A DNA stretch of 64,000 nt, from contig OX597815.1 in the NCBI GenBank assembly GCA_951406725.2, positions 91,450,001-91,514,000 of the forward strand, given 5' to 3'. Both the position numbers and the translations under genes were made by a program. The notes beneath the pieces are model-generated. The model worked only from the letters and a program-made list of their open reading frames with translations, ran no database searches and was not told the DNA's origin. This document shows positions 43,273 to 57,253 of the stretch, piece after piece. The DNA comes from Octopus vulgaris. Its lineage: Eukaryota. Each line of letters opens with the position of its first letter. Positions within the stretch are counted from its first letter, which is position 1.

Positions 43273-45028
43273 TAGACTATGATATATGATTCTTCTCTGT
43301 CTTCTTTCGATACGGATCAATGAATGTGTGAAGCAACTAATTATAGAGAGAAAGAAGCATATTATATATGAAGTAACCATCATATATAAGTGGTGATGAA
43401 TCAAAAATCTCTCAGTAATTTAACTTAACTCTATAGGATTCAGGTTAACACTATTGCTAGTAACTCTTTAGTTCTTCCTGTTATTCTACATTGAAACATT
43501 TGATGGATCTTGCATCAGTTTCAGTGCTAAGTGCTCCAGTTATTCGATCAATGGAACTTCCTACTCTATCGAATTATAGTGTAAGTGGTTAAGTATTTCG
43601 CTGACTCTTGTACCCTTCACATAATCCTCAGACAGATGCGATATGATGCAGTGTGTGATGTGTCTGACTTACCTGTACAATCTTCCTAAGTGGCTTCCAT
43701 TGTTTCTTTCTACTGCATTTCATTCGGTTAGACTTGAGTCAACCCAAGGTTATGATCGAAGAGACTTGACTTGAAGTACTGTGCAATTTGAATTGAACGT
43801 GGAAGCTCATGATCAGAAAGAAAACCTCTTAACCACTCTGTCATGCCTGCTCTACTGAGACTTACACACACTCATCATGCTCTCTCTCTCTCTCTTTCTC
43901 ACACACACATACACAAATATATACAAGTGCTTACATACGTGTACACTCACTTCTTATCTAAATTTTAATTCAATCTATTATATAACATTTATCTATGAAA
44001 ACTGGATACTGATTATATTTTTTGAAATTCGTTGATTTATCATAAAGCTATGGTCCAACAGCAAGCACACACAATATATAACAATATATATATATATATA
44101 TATAGCCACTCCTTTTATTTTTCTTTCTTTTCGAAGATGCAAGGTGTCAGTGTCATTTATGATGCTTGCTGTCAGTGTGACATGTTCAATCTTTCCTAAC
44201 ACATTAATATTGCTACCGATATAAACCTGCACTATTGATTCATAAAAATGATTGGAAATGAAAAACTCTGGGAAGTAAGCTGACATCAATATCATGTGCA
44301 AAAAAAAACCAAAAAAAAACAAAAAAGAAAAACTGATTGATTTTTTCCATTCCAGCATGAAGGGGTGGATAGTGTGGAGTAAACTGGGGGAGAGTGGGTG
44401 CAAAAGGTAGGGCACAAGGGGTGGGTGCCAGCTGTTAATCAGAGAAGCATGCCAACATGCATGCATGCACACCCACCAACAATAATGATGATGCTGATAA
44501 TGAATTAGAATCTCAAAGGGTTAATGTTTCAGATAGTTGTATTTAAAGTACTCTCTAAAAATCTCATTGCAAAGTGGAAAATATCAAAATAGCTTGTGAA
44601 AAGAGATATGTTAGTTTTAGCCTTGTATATGTATTAATCTTTGAATGTGAATTTGTGTGTTTATATGTTTATTATTAGCTTGTTGGAATTAATTGTTATA
44701 GTTTAGTTTTACTTGTACCGAAATCATATGGAATAGAAGTGATTTAGTAAGATGATAAGATACTATTGTGTAACCATCTTGGTAGATCTAGAGGTAAAAA
44801 CCACTATAGAGGCATTTATTTGGAGTGGACACTTAATTTTAGGTGTTTTGATAAAGTTTTCTTAGCAAAATATATAATATTAGCCTTTTGTAAGAAGAGA
44901 ATTCCAACATTTCAAATAAAGCAGTTCTTTGGAAAATGAATTTCCACAATATCTAATCTGGAAAACTTTACTAAACATTTATGCTATAGTTGGGTTTTGT
45001 GTGTTTTGTTTTATTGCTAACTATTTGG

Positions 45029-45530
45029 GACTGATTTATGGCAGTTAAGCTGACACTGAAATTCTGCCAGTATCTGTCCCCTGTCTGTACTGACCAACAT
45101 CAATCTCCTGCCAGCATTGACAATCACTAGTCTTTGACCAATACTGACCAACACTAGTCCACTGCTAATATTGACCAGTACCAGTTTCCTACCAATACTG
45201 ATTTATGCCAGTTTAAGCTGAAACTAAAATTCTGCCAATATCTGTCCCCTGTCAATACTGACCAACATCAATCTCCTGCCAGCATTGATGGACGCTAGTC
45301 TTTTACCAATACTGACCAATACTAGTCCACTGCTAATATTGACCAGTACCAGTTTCCTACCAATACTGACCAACACTAGTCTCCAGCAAGTACTCACCAA
45401 TACCAGTTTCTTGCCAATACTTCCTAACAACAGTCCACTGCAATATTAACCAATACCAGTCGTGATCCAATGCTGACCAGTATCGAGTGCCAGCCAATAT
45501 TAGACAACACCAATCAGTACAGACCAGTAT
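45029..45530. repeat. Degenerate 27-bp minisatellite with a roughly 167-bp higher-order duplication
   Basis: Unit about ccaatactgaccaacactagtc..; the block starting actgatttatg at about 45030 is repeated from about 45197. Confidence 0.85.
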
Positions 45531-47827
45531 TTCATTAGTATTTCATTTTGTCATCTAAATAACCTTTGTTTACCTTGCTGTTGGAAATGGGTACCAAATC
45601 ATTTGGGAATATTATGACATAAATTTTATCGATAGGCTGCCAAAATTATATACTTTAATTCACCATAAAACCAGAGACTTTGAAAACCTTGCATTTTTTT
45701 TTTGTTTGAAGGTTAAAAAAAAATCAACATTAATGTATTGCAGATGTATTGTGATTGAGATATGAAGTATGTGAAGGATGTAATGGAGGAAATGGTTAGA
45801 TAACTGACTTTGTGATGAAAGACAGTAGGTGACATGTGATAGAAGATGAATGGATAATATGTGACAGAAGATGGTTTGATAAGAGTTGAATGAATTTATA
45901 ATGTGTGATAGGGCAAGGATGATGGGAGACTAAATTATTCATTTTGATAGATGACAGATGCAATAAGACATGAGCAGTCAGCTGGAACAGAAGAATGGAC
46001 AGTCAATGTAAGGAACAATTGGACAGGTGTGACAAGAAACAGAATGATCAAAGAGGATGTAACAGTGTTGTACTGACAAGGAAGTATAATAGAAATACAA
46101 ACCAGAGAAGTGTGTGTGTGTGTGTGTGTGTGTACATGTGTGTATACAGGCACACATATGTGATTGTATGTAATTCAAAAGAGTCAGACCATTAATAGCT
46201 GTAGAACCCAAAACTGGCTTTTCAGATTTACTTGTTCTATAACAGCTGGCAATAGCATCTATTAATTCCCTGCAGAACTTTTAAGAACACTTAAAGGAAG
46301 TATTGTTGTTGCTGTTGTGGAGTGAGGTAAGGTCAGAAAATGCAGAAGACACTTATGAGAGAGAGAGGTTTAACTATCCCAACTAACTAACCATGATCAT
46401 AAATGAATATAGCTTCATCTGTGTGTAGAACTAACAACAGGTCATCTTTATAAACATATGCTCTGATTCCTGTACGGCACTCTCTACCCCATCCCCCCAC
46501 CACCACCACCACCATCATACAGCTGTACTGCACTGCTGACCTCCCTCTTGTGCTATTAGGTGACCGACATATTGATTAAGATTGATTATTGATTGAAACA
46601 TTCTTTCATCCATCTGATGAGTTGGTTGAAGATGTGTACAGAAGAGCTGGTTGGAAAGAACCCAAAAGAAATATCAGAAATTCACTGTTAATATATTATC
46701 ACAAAGTCTTTGATTATCAAGAAAGCTTTCATTGTCATTCACTTTAGTCACATATTTCTCTTTCTCTCTTTTCCCACCCCTCTTTTCTCTCATGCGCCCC
46801 TCTTTTCTCTCTCACATATATATGTATATTTAAACACCACTTTCTCTCTCTCTCTCTCACACACACACACGCACACACACACACTCACTAAACATTGTTT
46901 ATGTGTGAGTCTCTTTCATTGGCTTAAGTTTGTCTTTCCTATTTGCTGAGTATTTCTACTCTCTGCAGAGACATAAATCGATGTAGCATAATGGGCCTCT
47001 GACTTTCTCAAGTAAAGTATATCCAGGAAACTATGCTCCTCTTTGTCTTCCCCACATCTGTCAATAGCAAAGGTCAACCAATCTTATGGTCCAATATTCA
47101 GTTATTCCACTGACATGTAAAAAAAATGAAAAGAAAAAAATATTGTTTATATGTAATTAGTCTTTTGTTTTGTTTTTTTTGTGTGAGTGTGTGTGTTACC
47201 CTGTCTCCACTTAATAATAATAATAATCATTATCATCATCATTATTATTATTATTATTATTATAATAACACAGCCTGCACCTAATCATGGCCGTAGTCAC
47301 TGCTCCTACCACTATGATCACTACTAGCGCTACTACTAAAATCACCTCTATGACAACACTTGCAACCAACCTTATTTTCTGTATTCAGCTATGATATACA
47401 AATATGGCCTTCTTATTTTTTTTTATCCTCATGCACCAGGTGAAAGGGCATGAGAAACATCTAGTAGGTCAACAGGTCAAAAATGAGAATGTATCAGGCA
47501 GTACAATAAAACCATTAATGGAGAGTTTAAGGAGTTATTTAAGCAATTCTACTGATGTATTTAAGAGGTGGAAAGATTGTTTTAATTATTATTGAGCTAT
47601 AAAGAAGATGGGAGGGGGTGGAGAAAATCAAAAGAATATTGGACAAATATTCTTGCAGCTTTTAGTTACTGTTATGTTTTGTGTTCAAATCATGTCACGG
47701 TTGAATTTACTTCCCATCTTTCTAGAGTTGGTACAATAGATGCTTATCAAATATTCCTTCAGTTATTTCTTCCCTCTCCGCAAATATGTAGTTATGGGTT
47801 ATCTATTAACTGTTGCCTGTAATTTGC

Positions 47828-48317
<490 letters not shown>

Positions 48318-50054
48318 GGGAGATGGAGGGGCAGTATCTATGAATGACTTCTGCAGAGACTTATGAGATTGATGCAGTTAATGTTCAGTTTGATTATCCA
48401 TATGTCAGCATTTGCAGGAATAATCTTGGAATGCATTGTGGAAGAGGATATAGTGAGTTACAGCTCTAAATGGTATGCATGGGAGAGGAATTCTAGAAGG
48501 TTACAGCTCTGTGAGGGGACAGGGGGTGATTGGAGGCAAAGTACTCAGTATGAGATCTGGGAGATGAGGCACAGTAAGGATGGTGAATGAGAAGAGAAGA
48601 GAAACACAGCATACATGAAGTGAAAAATTAAGCGTTATTTTTGTAGTTTAAAGTGTAAGTGGAGTTTATACTGTAAGTTCTAAGAAATGCAGTCAGCTTC
48701 AGAGGTAGCTTTTTAATATGTTTGTCAGGTGAAGTTGGGTCATACCCATGGTATTTGCAGATTCTCTCAGACTAGAGAGAATCTGGGCTAAATGTTTGCA
48801 GCAGAGTAAACTTCATTAGACCCCCTCCACCCAAGGACCAGGTGGGGACGTTAAATGGGTGACATGTTTGGTCAACTGCCCTAATTATGGCTTAACAGTT
48901 GGTCAAAAACTGAAGATTTTTCAATTATGTATAGCTTATGATGTGGTGAGAAAGTTTTCTTCTGAGTGTATTATAGCTTCTCAATAGTTAAAGGCAAAAT
49001 ATCATTCCAGTGTGGGAGCAAACCATGAAGGCTTAAAGGGTTTCAGCCAAATGAACTAACCCCAGTACATTTCTTTTTTAAGCCCAATACTTATTCTGTC
49101 AGCTTCTTATGCTAAACTAAGTAACAGGGTTGTAAACAAACCAGCACCAGTTATCAAGGGATGGTGGGTGACAAACACAAACTTGGACATATTATACATT
49201 GAAGGAAAAAATTTATGTCTGGAGTTTTGTCTGTTCTGCTTTCTGTATCTCCAGCACTGGCATCCAGGAATCTATAGACTTTCACAGTTGAAAAGAAAAA
49301 AGTAATAATTATAAATCTTTTAAAATAAACCTCCTTTGTCATGCTTCAGTCAATTACAATAACAGACGGTTTTCTAAAAGAAAGACATACCTCTGTTTAA
49401 CTTGATTTAAACATTACTAATGAATGTTCGTATATTCTAACTTTGTTGCATTGAATCAATTGAAATGAATTTACATCAGTTCAAATTCACCTAAGGGTAG
49501 GAAATAACTTTATTCGGTACTGTAAATAAAACTTGAGTAGATATCAAAAGGAAACAAAAGACTGTTCTTCAAATCCAAAAGTTTAAGCTGCTGATTTTGG
49601 CATCAAAATAGATTCTGTTAGAAACGGGTAAAGAGACAGGCATATTTTAGTGAGTTATTGATTTGCTTGAAAAGCTCTGTTTTTTGAATTGAGTTAAGAA
49701 TAATTGATAACCGAAATGAAAAACCTTGCAACAAAACAATGAGCTACCTCCTTGTCTGATTATGCATACACACACACAAACAAACAAACAGAAAAGGAGA
49801 AAGAGAGATAGAGAGCGAGGAAACAAAAGGAGAATGCAGACGTTATATAGGATTTGAATTGTTTTCAGATCCCTGAAGTCTGTAAATTTGTGAATAACAA
49901 CTTGCTAACAAATAAAAGCCAGTATGGTGGAATCATAATAGTTGTTTGTAGTTCAATAACCACTATCCATGAATTTCAAATTGTTATATTTAACTCAAAA
50001 GATGTGTATGTGCTTAAATTTGTTAGTATATTATCACTGTTATTATTATCATCA

Positions 50055-50112
<58 letters not shown>

Positions 50113-50522
50113 CATCATCATTATTATCATTATTGGTGGAGGTGGGTAATTATGCCAGTAACAGTTGTTGTTGTAATTGTAAGAGTTTATTTTTGATTGG
50201 GTATTTGTCTGGATTATTGATTTCCATCATAGTCAATTCAATTTTATCCTGTTAATCATATTTAATTAGGAAATCCTTTTGTTTTATTTCTGATCAGCTA
50301 CTGTCATGCTATACTTTATGTTCGACACCTAACTTCCACTGAACGGCAGCAAATTGGCTACTAGTTTTCTTTACAAATGAAACAACAGTCTGACTAACAT
50401 TTTTCTTTCCTTCTTTCTTTTTTTTTTTTGGTATTTTTGTATTTTAGCTTTGCTTGTTTTATTTTCCATCCTTTTATTTCTAAACACCTTTTCTTAAACG
50501 ATTTTCACTGTTTAAATGTTTA

Positions 50523-50910
50523 TGTGACAAATTGATACAATCTTATGCAATTCTGTGATAAATGAGTATCCTGTACAGTTCTGTGATAAGTAGGTACTCT
50601 ATTCAGCCTTGTGACAAATGAGTACATTATATCTCCAAGGAGAGGGTAGCTTTATACATCTGATGTGTGGTTTCACTATTCATCTTGATTAATGGAGACA
50701 GTATACTCTTATCAGTGGGTACATCTTGCACCATTTATTAGTTGGACACATTATATATCTCTTACAAATTAGTACATTATATGTCTTCCTGATAAATGGG
50801 TACACCATATATCTCTTCAATGAATAGGTACACTACACACCTCTATGATTAGTGAGTGCTTTATGCACTTCTGTAGTAAGTGGACACATTATGACTATAA
50901 TAAGCAGGCT
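50523..50910. repeat. Degenerate minisatellite with a period of about 28 bp
   Basis: Recurrent tgtga(c/t)aa(a/g)t(g/a)(a/g)gtac..tata..t.tc units. Confidence 0.65.
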
Positions 50911-51500
50911 CTGTCAGAAATGGGAACAAAATAGGATGTAGTGATGTCAAAGTAGGACTCAGGCTATGCTTCAGGTTGCTGTATTAATTTGTTATCCAAA
51001 AGGTGTCTGTAAATGTGTAGACAAATGTGTAAGCAGCTACAGTATATATCTCTATAGGAAATTACTAGAAGTGTCTTTATTAATGTGAGACTATAGGCAT
51101 CCGGGAATAAGCAGCTGGCATACATGATATGCCCATGATAAGCCAGTAGATGTAGGCCCTCCACAAAATGAGATTAGGATACAAGCCACCATGGTAAGTT
51201 GTCAATGTGAACCTGAACACTATTAATATGTGAAAATTTCGAGGAAAATTAGTCATGGTGATCTGCTTCTCAAGAGACAATATAGCAAAAAGTACTAATA
51301 ACCCAAAATACTGATCCAGCATGTATGTGTATAAGTTGTAAATAAATTTACATGTATATGATTAGTAAACATGCATTTAGTCTCACTATGCAAATATACT
51401 TTGTTATTATATAGCACAGAGCTTTCTGTGCAGAGCTAAAGAGCAGCTTTAATTAATTTACTTGTCACCAGCTAATGTACTGAAATGCAAATGAGTAAGG

Positions 51501-51586
<86 letters not shown>

Positions 51587-51911
51587 TTTCTTTCTCTTTC
51601 TCTCTCAATTAAGTAATAAACACTCCTGATGTACCAGTAATGACTAGGTAAAAATTGTCCTTTAGTTTGTTATCTATTTGTTTGTTCCACTAAGAGGCCC
51701 TTACAGTTTAACTGAAGCTAAATGCATATTTATGTAACATTCACATTATTGAGTTGATGGCCAAGTGGAAATCATTCTGAACAGCTAGCTAGTAGATCAG
51801 TGGTTCATGTCTTGTAAGTGGTTGTGGACTGTCTCTGCAAAGTAGGAACAACTTTCCATGGCAGCACTGTAGAATTCACAAGTGTTTCACTAACTTGTCA
51901 TCCCGTATTAA

Positions 51912-52169
51912 CCCTTTAGTATACAGATTTCTTTGTTTAATTTCTAGAAGAGATAGAGTGGCTACTCACTTTGTCCAATTGACTGCTTATTTATTCACAT
52001 TGTTTTGAATGTTTCTGGCATTCTCTTGTAGCTTCAATATTGCAATGCTGTGATTGTATATTTCTGGAATGACATTGTAGGGTAGGTGTGAGAGGTCGGA
52101 TCTGGTCAGTTTAAACATAAAACAGGTAGAATATTTTGGCCAGATATGGCCAGATTAAATGCTAAAGGA
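51912..52169 (-). mobile_element. piggyBac-like MITE, third copy
   Basis: TTAA|CCCTTTAG ... CTAAAGGA|TTAA. The interior (gaatgacattgtagggtaggtgtgagagg) is the reverse complement of 8955-9163. Confidence 0.75.
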
Positions 52170-52680
52170 TTAAACCTATACAGTGGGTATGGAGATGTTA
52201 TTTTAATACTCAGTCTCAGACCAGAAATACCCCAATTACCTTACCCTGCCCTGCCATAGGATTTGGACTGTAATTCTGATTATACACTAGAGTGTAATAA
52301 AGAGACAAAAAATGGACAATCTCTTATACATGGCATTATTTATAAAAGGTGCTACATAAACCTGTTAGGCTTAGAAAAAATACAGTCCTTGATAGTATTT
52401 TACAGCTTTTACTTCTGAAGAAAAAAATTGGTGTTTCAATACTTGCAGCTTCAACAAATTAACGTTGTATTTATGTTCATCATAATTTCCTCTCGTTTGG
52501 TGTTTATTATTGCATCACTAATACACATTATTACTTCAATGAGTCACTGAATTTTTGAAATAGATGTAAAGGATTATCCAATAATACATTTCTTCTTTGC
52601 CAAATATATTTGTTTACGTTTATGTAACATCTTTTATAAATGATATAATACCATATATAAGAACTTGTCAATCTATATAT

Positions 52681-52830
52681 ATATTTTTTTAATAAAATTT
52701 TAACAGAAGTAACAGAGTGACTCAAGGTCCAAGAGTTTCATGTGTTGGCACTTATCAATAAGTGCCAACACACAGAACTCTCAGACCTTCAGTTACTCTA
52801 TTACTTTGGCTAAATATTAATAAAAATATA
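52681..52830. repeat. About 150-bp fold-back palindrome between TA runs
   Basis: Perfect core tgtgttggcacttat-ca-ataagtgccaacaca (52741-52772) with imperfect arms extending to about 75 bp each. Confidence 0.85.
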
Positions 52831-52903
52831 CATATACTCATATCTACAGTACTATTTTTTCTGTTTGTATCAACATAACTATATATATGAGTATGTGTGT
52901 GTA

Positions 52904-53809
52904 TAGGATCATCATAAATAATGCACTTTCTTTATACTTCTTTTAGTTTTCAAAATTAAGATAAACAAATTTCTTTTTTAATCTAAAATATACTTGCTCA
53001 TTTTCTACAATGCTCTTCCATTTTTCTGGTTAAGTTGCAAGGTCCCTTTTCCAAAATTCACTTGTCCATGACAAAAAATACTTCTCCAGTACTTCTGGCC
53101 TTGTCTACAGAATTCATATTTTTCCCATCCAAATGATTTTGAAGACTGTGGAATAAATGATAATCAGACAAGTCAATGTCCAACAAATATGGTGAGTGAG
53201 GCATCATTTCCTATTCAAACAGCTCCAGCCTTTGGAATTTCATCTTCGCTGTACATTGCCGAACATTATCCTGATGGAAGAGCACCTTTCATCTTGAAAC
53301 CAAAGATGGTCATATTTCTTCTGGCGCTGACTAGTTGAATGACCAAATCCAAGCTTCTCTGTTAGTTCCTTAACAGTTTCAATGAGATTTTGTTCCACCA
53401 GGGTTTGCAGGACATCCTCATTGAGCTTTACAGATCTTCCAGAACGAGGCTCATCTTCTAGGCTGTAGTTTCCAGCTCAAAATTTCTGGAAGCACCATTG
53501 ACACAGACTTATGCTTATTGTCCGATCCCCATATACTGCATTAATTTTCCTAACACTTTCCATTGCACTGTTGCTTTATTGTACTCATAAAGCAAAATAT
53601 GCCAAATATGCTCCTTTGTCTTCCGTTATAGCTTTGAAAAAATAACTGTTAAGATCAAACTGCACTCTTCAAAACTTGCACTAAGAATAAGTACAAGGTA
53701 AAATTACTATCTGCTTCTATAGCAAGTCGATGCAGGCAGTTTATCCCGTCCTCCTCCAACTTTTAGTTCATGCAATTGAAAAAGCTGCATTATTTATGGG
53801 ATGACCCAA
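52904..53809 (-). mobile_element. mariner transposon, internally deleted and decayed
   Basis: TIRs t(a/t)gg(a/g)tcatc(cc)ataaataatgc. Minus strand reads TKEHIWHILLYE...INAVYGDRTI...GNYSLEDEPRSGRS...(deletion)...KVLFHQDNVRQ...PHSPYLLDIDLSDYHLFHSLQNHLDGK. Confidence 0.9.
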
Positions 53810-53938
53810 CATATATATATATATGGGTGTATATATTATCAATGTATCATATCCAAAAATGAAGCACACTATAAAGCATAGAGCTGTAATGTATTTATAA
53901 GTAAAGTCTGTGTCCAGTCTCTCCCTAATTTATATACA

Positions 53939-53976
<38 letters not shown>

Positions 53977-53984
53977 CACACACA

Positions 53985-54315
53985 GGTACAGGATGTCACC
54001 AACAGTAAATAACATGAAATACGAAAACAAATGAGGTTAATATGCAAACAAGAGGAACAAATGGAAAACAGGGCAAGTAACATAAAGAATGACCCTTCAT
54101 CAGTTGCTGGCTGTCTACCTACTCCTCATTTCGAGTATTAAACAACAGTATTCAGTCTTATGGAGGGTCAAAGTCGAGAACAAAAACAGGACAGTGGAGA
54201 CATACAAGAAAACCAAGCACTAACAAACATGGAGGGTCATTAGACCAGAACGAGGGTAAAATAGTGAACGCTGGAGAAATATTTTCTTTGAAAAGAGAAA
54301 AGATGGAAGAGAGAT
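53985..54315 (-). mobile_element. Microsatellite-anchored element with HHR-like core words in unusual order
   Basis: Begins directly after a (TA)/(CA) tract. Minus strand has CTC-GAAA-TGAGGAG-TA ... CTGATGA-A-GGGT; composition resembles 15850-16056. Confidence 0.4.
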
Positions 54316-54317
54316 GA

Positions 54318-54420
54318 AGTGTTTTGCTCAAGAACACAACACACCACTCAGTCTAGGAATTGAAATCATGATCACTAGATTGACATTGCAACACTCTAAC
54401 CACTAAGCCATACGCCCTCA
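54318..54420 (-). mobile_element. tRNA-derived SINE head
   Basis: Minus strand: TGGCTTAGTGG (A box) ... GATTTCAATTCC (B-box-like) ... gtgttcttgagcaaaacac. Confidence 0.7.
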
Positions 54421-54889
54421 CACGCACACACACAGATATATATATCGTTTTGTGTGTCCTACCCACACTTAACAAGAAAACTTCACACACTCTACCACAA
54501 CAAACCAAGCTATGTCTCTACATCTCTTCTCTTCCCCACATTTCTTCCTTCATACCCTATGCCTAGCTTTCTCTCCCCAACCCTGTCCTCATGGCCCTGT
54601 TCCTTTGCAAATTTGCTACCTGGTAGCCCCCCTACTCTATATATACCTAGGGTTTTGCCACTCACTCCTCAACTCTGCACACTTTAATCACACCTCCTTC
54701 GCAATAGCCTGCCACTTATATTATGGTGTTTTAAACCTCAAGTGTATGCCTTGGCACTTGCTACCATCTATATCGCTTTCTTCCTTTACTCAACCATCCC
54801 ATTTATATTCTGATCCCCGACCCTTGTGAGTATGCCCAGCATTTTGCCACCATCTCCATCTCTATCCTGCTGTCTACCACTCTCTCTCT

Positions 54890-55395
54890 CCTTCTGCACT
54901 TCCCTCAGGTTGGGCAACCATGTATTTCTTTTGCAGTAATGCACCTGTTTCTGCCTTCATTCCTGATTCTCTCTCTCTCCGGCCTTGTACTTCCTCTACA
55001 GCAAAACACCTGTTTCTGTCTCTCTGTCTCACTATAACCTTTCATCATTGAACACAAGATCACCTCCTCCAATGCCCTCTACCCTCTTAAAAGCTTTTTG
55101 TCTTGCAAGTACTTGGTGACCCTGTCAGTGCAGGTGCCACTTAAAAGCACCCCAGTCCACACTGTAAAGTGGTTGGTGTTTGGAAGGGCATCCAGCTGTA
55201 AAAACATTGCTAAAACTGACCTAGCTTGTGCTTATGCCTCATAAAAAGCACTAAGTCCACTCTGCTGAGTGGTTGGTGTTAGGAAGGGCATCTAGCTGTA
55301 AAAAGGTCTCGTGCAGGTTTCTGCCTGGTTGGCTCTTGTGAAACCGTCCCACTCATACTAGCACGGAAGGCAGACATTAAACAACGATGACGATG
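54890..55395 (+). mobile_element. Long family B element, second copy (may extend 5' to about 54450)
   Basis: Collinear with 19860-20362. Confidence 0.8.
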
Positions 55396-55934
55396 GTGGA
55401 TGTATGTATGTGTGTATATATAAGCATGACTGTAATACACACAAGGATGTTCATTCCTAGTCTTCTATGAAAAACATGTTTAGCTATGGGAAAGTATTAC
55501 TTTATTTGGAAACTGGTGATTACTTCAGAAAGGGCATCCAGCTGTAGAAAAATCTGCTTCAGCAAAATCTCTTTGACCCATACAAGCATGTAAAAAAGGA
55601 ATATTAAATCACAGTGATCTTGTCTGTTACTTGCAATCAAGAATGACTTGTAGCAGAAAAGATTTGATTGTTTTTGTTTTTCAAATCTAGCCTCAGAATT
55701 TTACATTGTTCTTTTGTGGGACTTCAGACCAAAGGTGTTGGCACCAGCATTACTTTAGATATTGCAAAATTTTGTAGGCAGACCTAGTGTTGTATATTTT
55801 GTTCTAGCTTACTCTGTATTTTTTTTGTGTTGCTTTGTATATACATATATGCATACATGTATAATATAGATAGGTGTATACATAAATATGTATGTATGTA
55901 TATATATAATAAGTAGTTTTATATATATATATAA

Positions 55935-56182
55935 TTAGTTTTCTTAAGTTTAAAAAATAATAAATAACAACAATGTTGGACATATTCCATTCATTTAACT
56001 ACATTTTTATCATTGAAATACATATATGCGCGCGTGCACACACACACACATACACATGCACACACAGTGTTTGTGCGTGTGTAAAAATGCTGTTAAATGA
56101 ATGGAATATGTCCAACAGTTTTTAGTGTTTTCGTTTTGTTTTTCTTTTCTTTTTGTTTTTTTTTTTTTAACATAAGAAAATT
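55935..56182. repeat. Inverted-repeat element with a microsatellite spacer
   Basis: tgttggacatattccattcatttaac.acattttta (55974-56009) versus taaaaatgctgttaaatgaatggaatatgtccaaca (56082-56117), with weaker outer arms. Confidence 0.8.
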
Positions 56183-56370
56183 CATTTTGACATATATGAC
56201 AAAATTAATGAAAATATACAATATTTGCTGATCTTACTTCATCTTGTGAACAACAACAAAAACAAGAACAAATAAGACAAATGGTGCAATCTTTATAGAA
56301 TTTCTAGAGTTGAACAATTTTTTTCTTTTTATTGTAGATGTTTAATTTCCTGTATGCGTGTGTGTGTGTG

Positions 56371-56422
<52 letters not shown>

Positions 56423-57253
56423 TAAGTTATGTCTAAAAATATTATTTTGCCTCATTAAATGAAAGCAGCTACAAGATAAATCTTCATGTGTCTTTATAAA
56501 TTAATTTCTTTTTAGTGCTAAAAATGGCCCAGAATAGGATTTGGCAAACAATCTCTACGTGCTTTTAGTGATTTACTGCTTTTCGGTCCATTGTTAACAG
56601 CTTTGAAAGCTGAAGTTTCTATTAATATAAAGAACTTGGGTGCATTTGCCTTCTTACGATATGGACAAGCAAGGACCACAGGTAGAAAGTTTTCTGGATG
56701 AGTAACAACACTGGTATTAGTAGAGCACATATAGTTGGCAGAGAAATGGTTTGATTAAATGTTTGAGTATGTGCAGATTCAGAGGACAGAATATGTGAGA
56801 GAATAATTAAGCTTGAGCTAGTTTTAAGCAGCTCAACACCAGCAGTGATTTCTGCATGTGTATGTCAATCAGGACTAGCAGATGAGCAAAAGAACCATTT
56901 CTTTGAGCCCCCTTGCAGACTGCATCAGTAATGAATGACAGCAACTCTGTTATCATGGAAACTGAATTGGTTGCTGGATTTAATGAACATGTTGGGCAAC
57001 ACTGTGATGGCAACTATGGTTAAGGTATGCAGAATGACAAGGGATAAAGTCCCTTGGGGTTCTGTGATGCAAATCACCTAACCATTTGCAACACTAACTT
57101 CAGGAAACTGGTCAACTGTACAAATAACTGCCACTCTAGTGAACAAGTAAATCAGATTTCATACTCACCAGGAAATTGGATTAATAGCTGATTATGACTG
57201 AGATTTTTCCTGGCAAAGATTGTACCACTCAATGTAGACTAATGATTAATATT

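Noticed and set aside
46610-46660. CTGATGAG motif
   Set aside because: No stem II or correctly placed GAAA/UH; similar lone words at about 35183 and 61759 were also rejected.
49854-50255. 133-aa ORF with poly-Leu resembling a transmembrane protein
   Set aside because: The hydrophobic run comes from a (TTA)n microsatellite.
56500-57230. Possible ancient LINE fragment or coding exon
   Set aside because: More complex than its flanks, but I found no sustained frame or recognisable motif.
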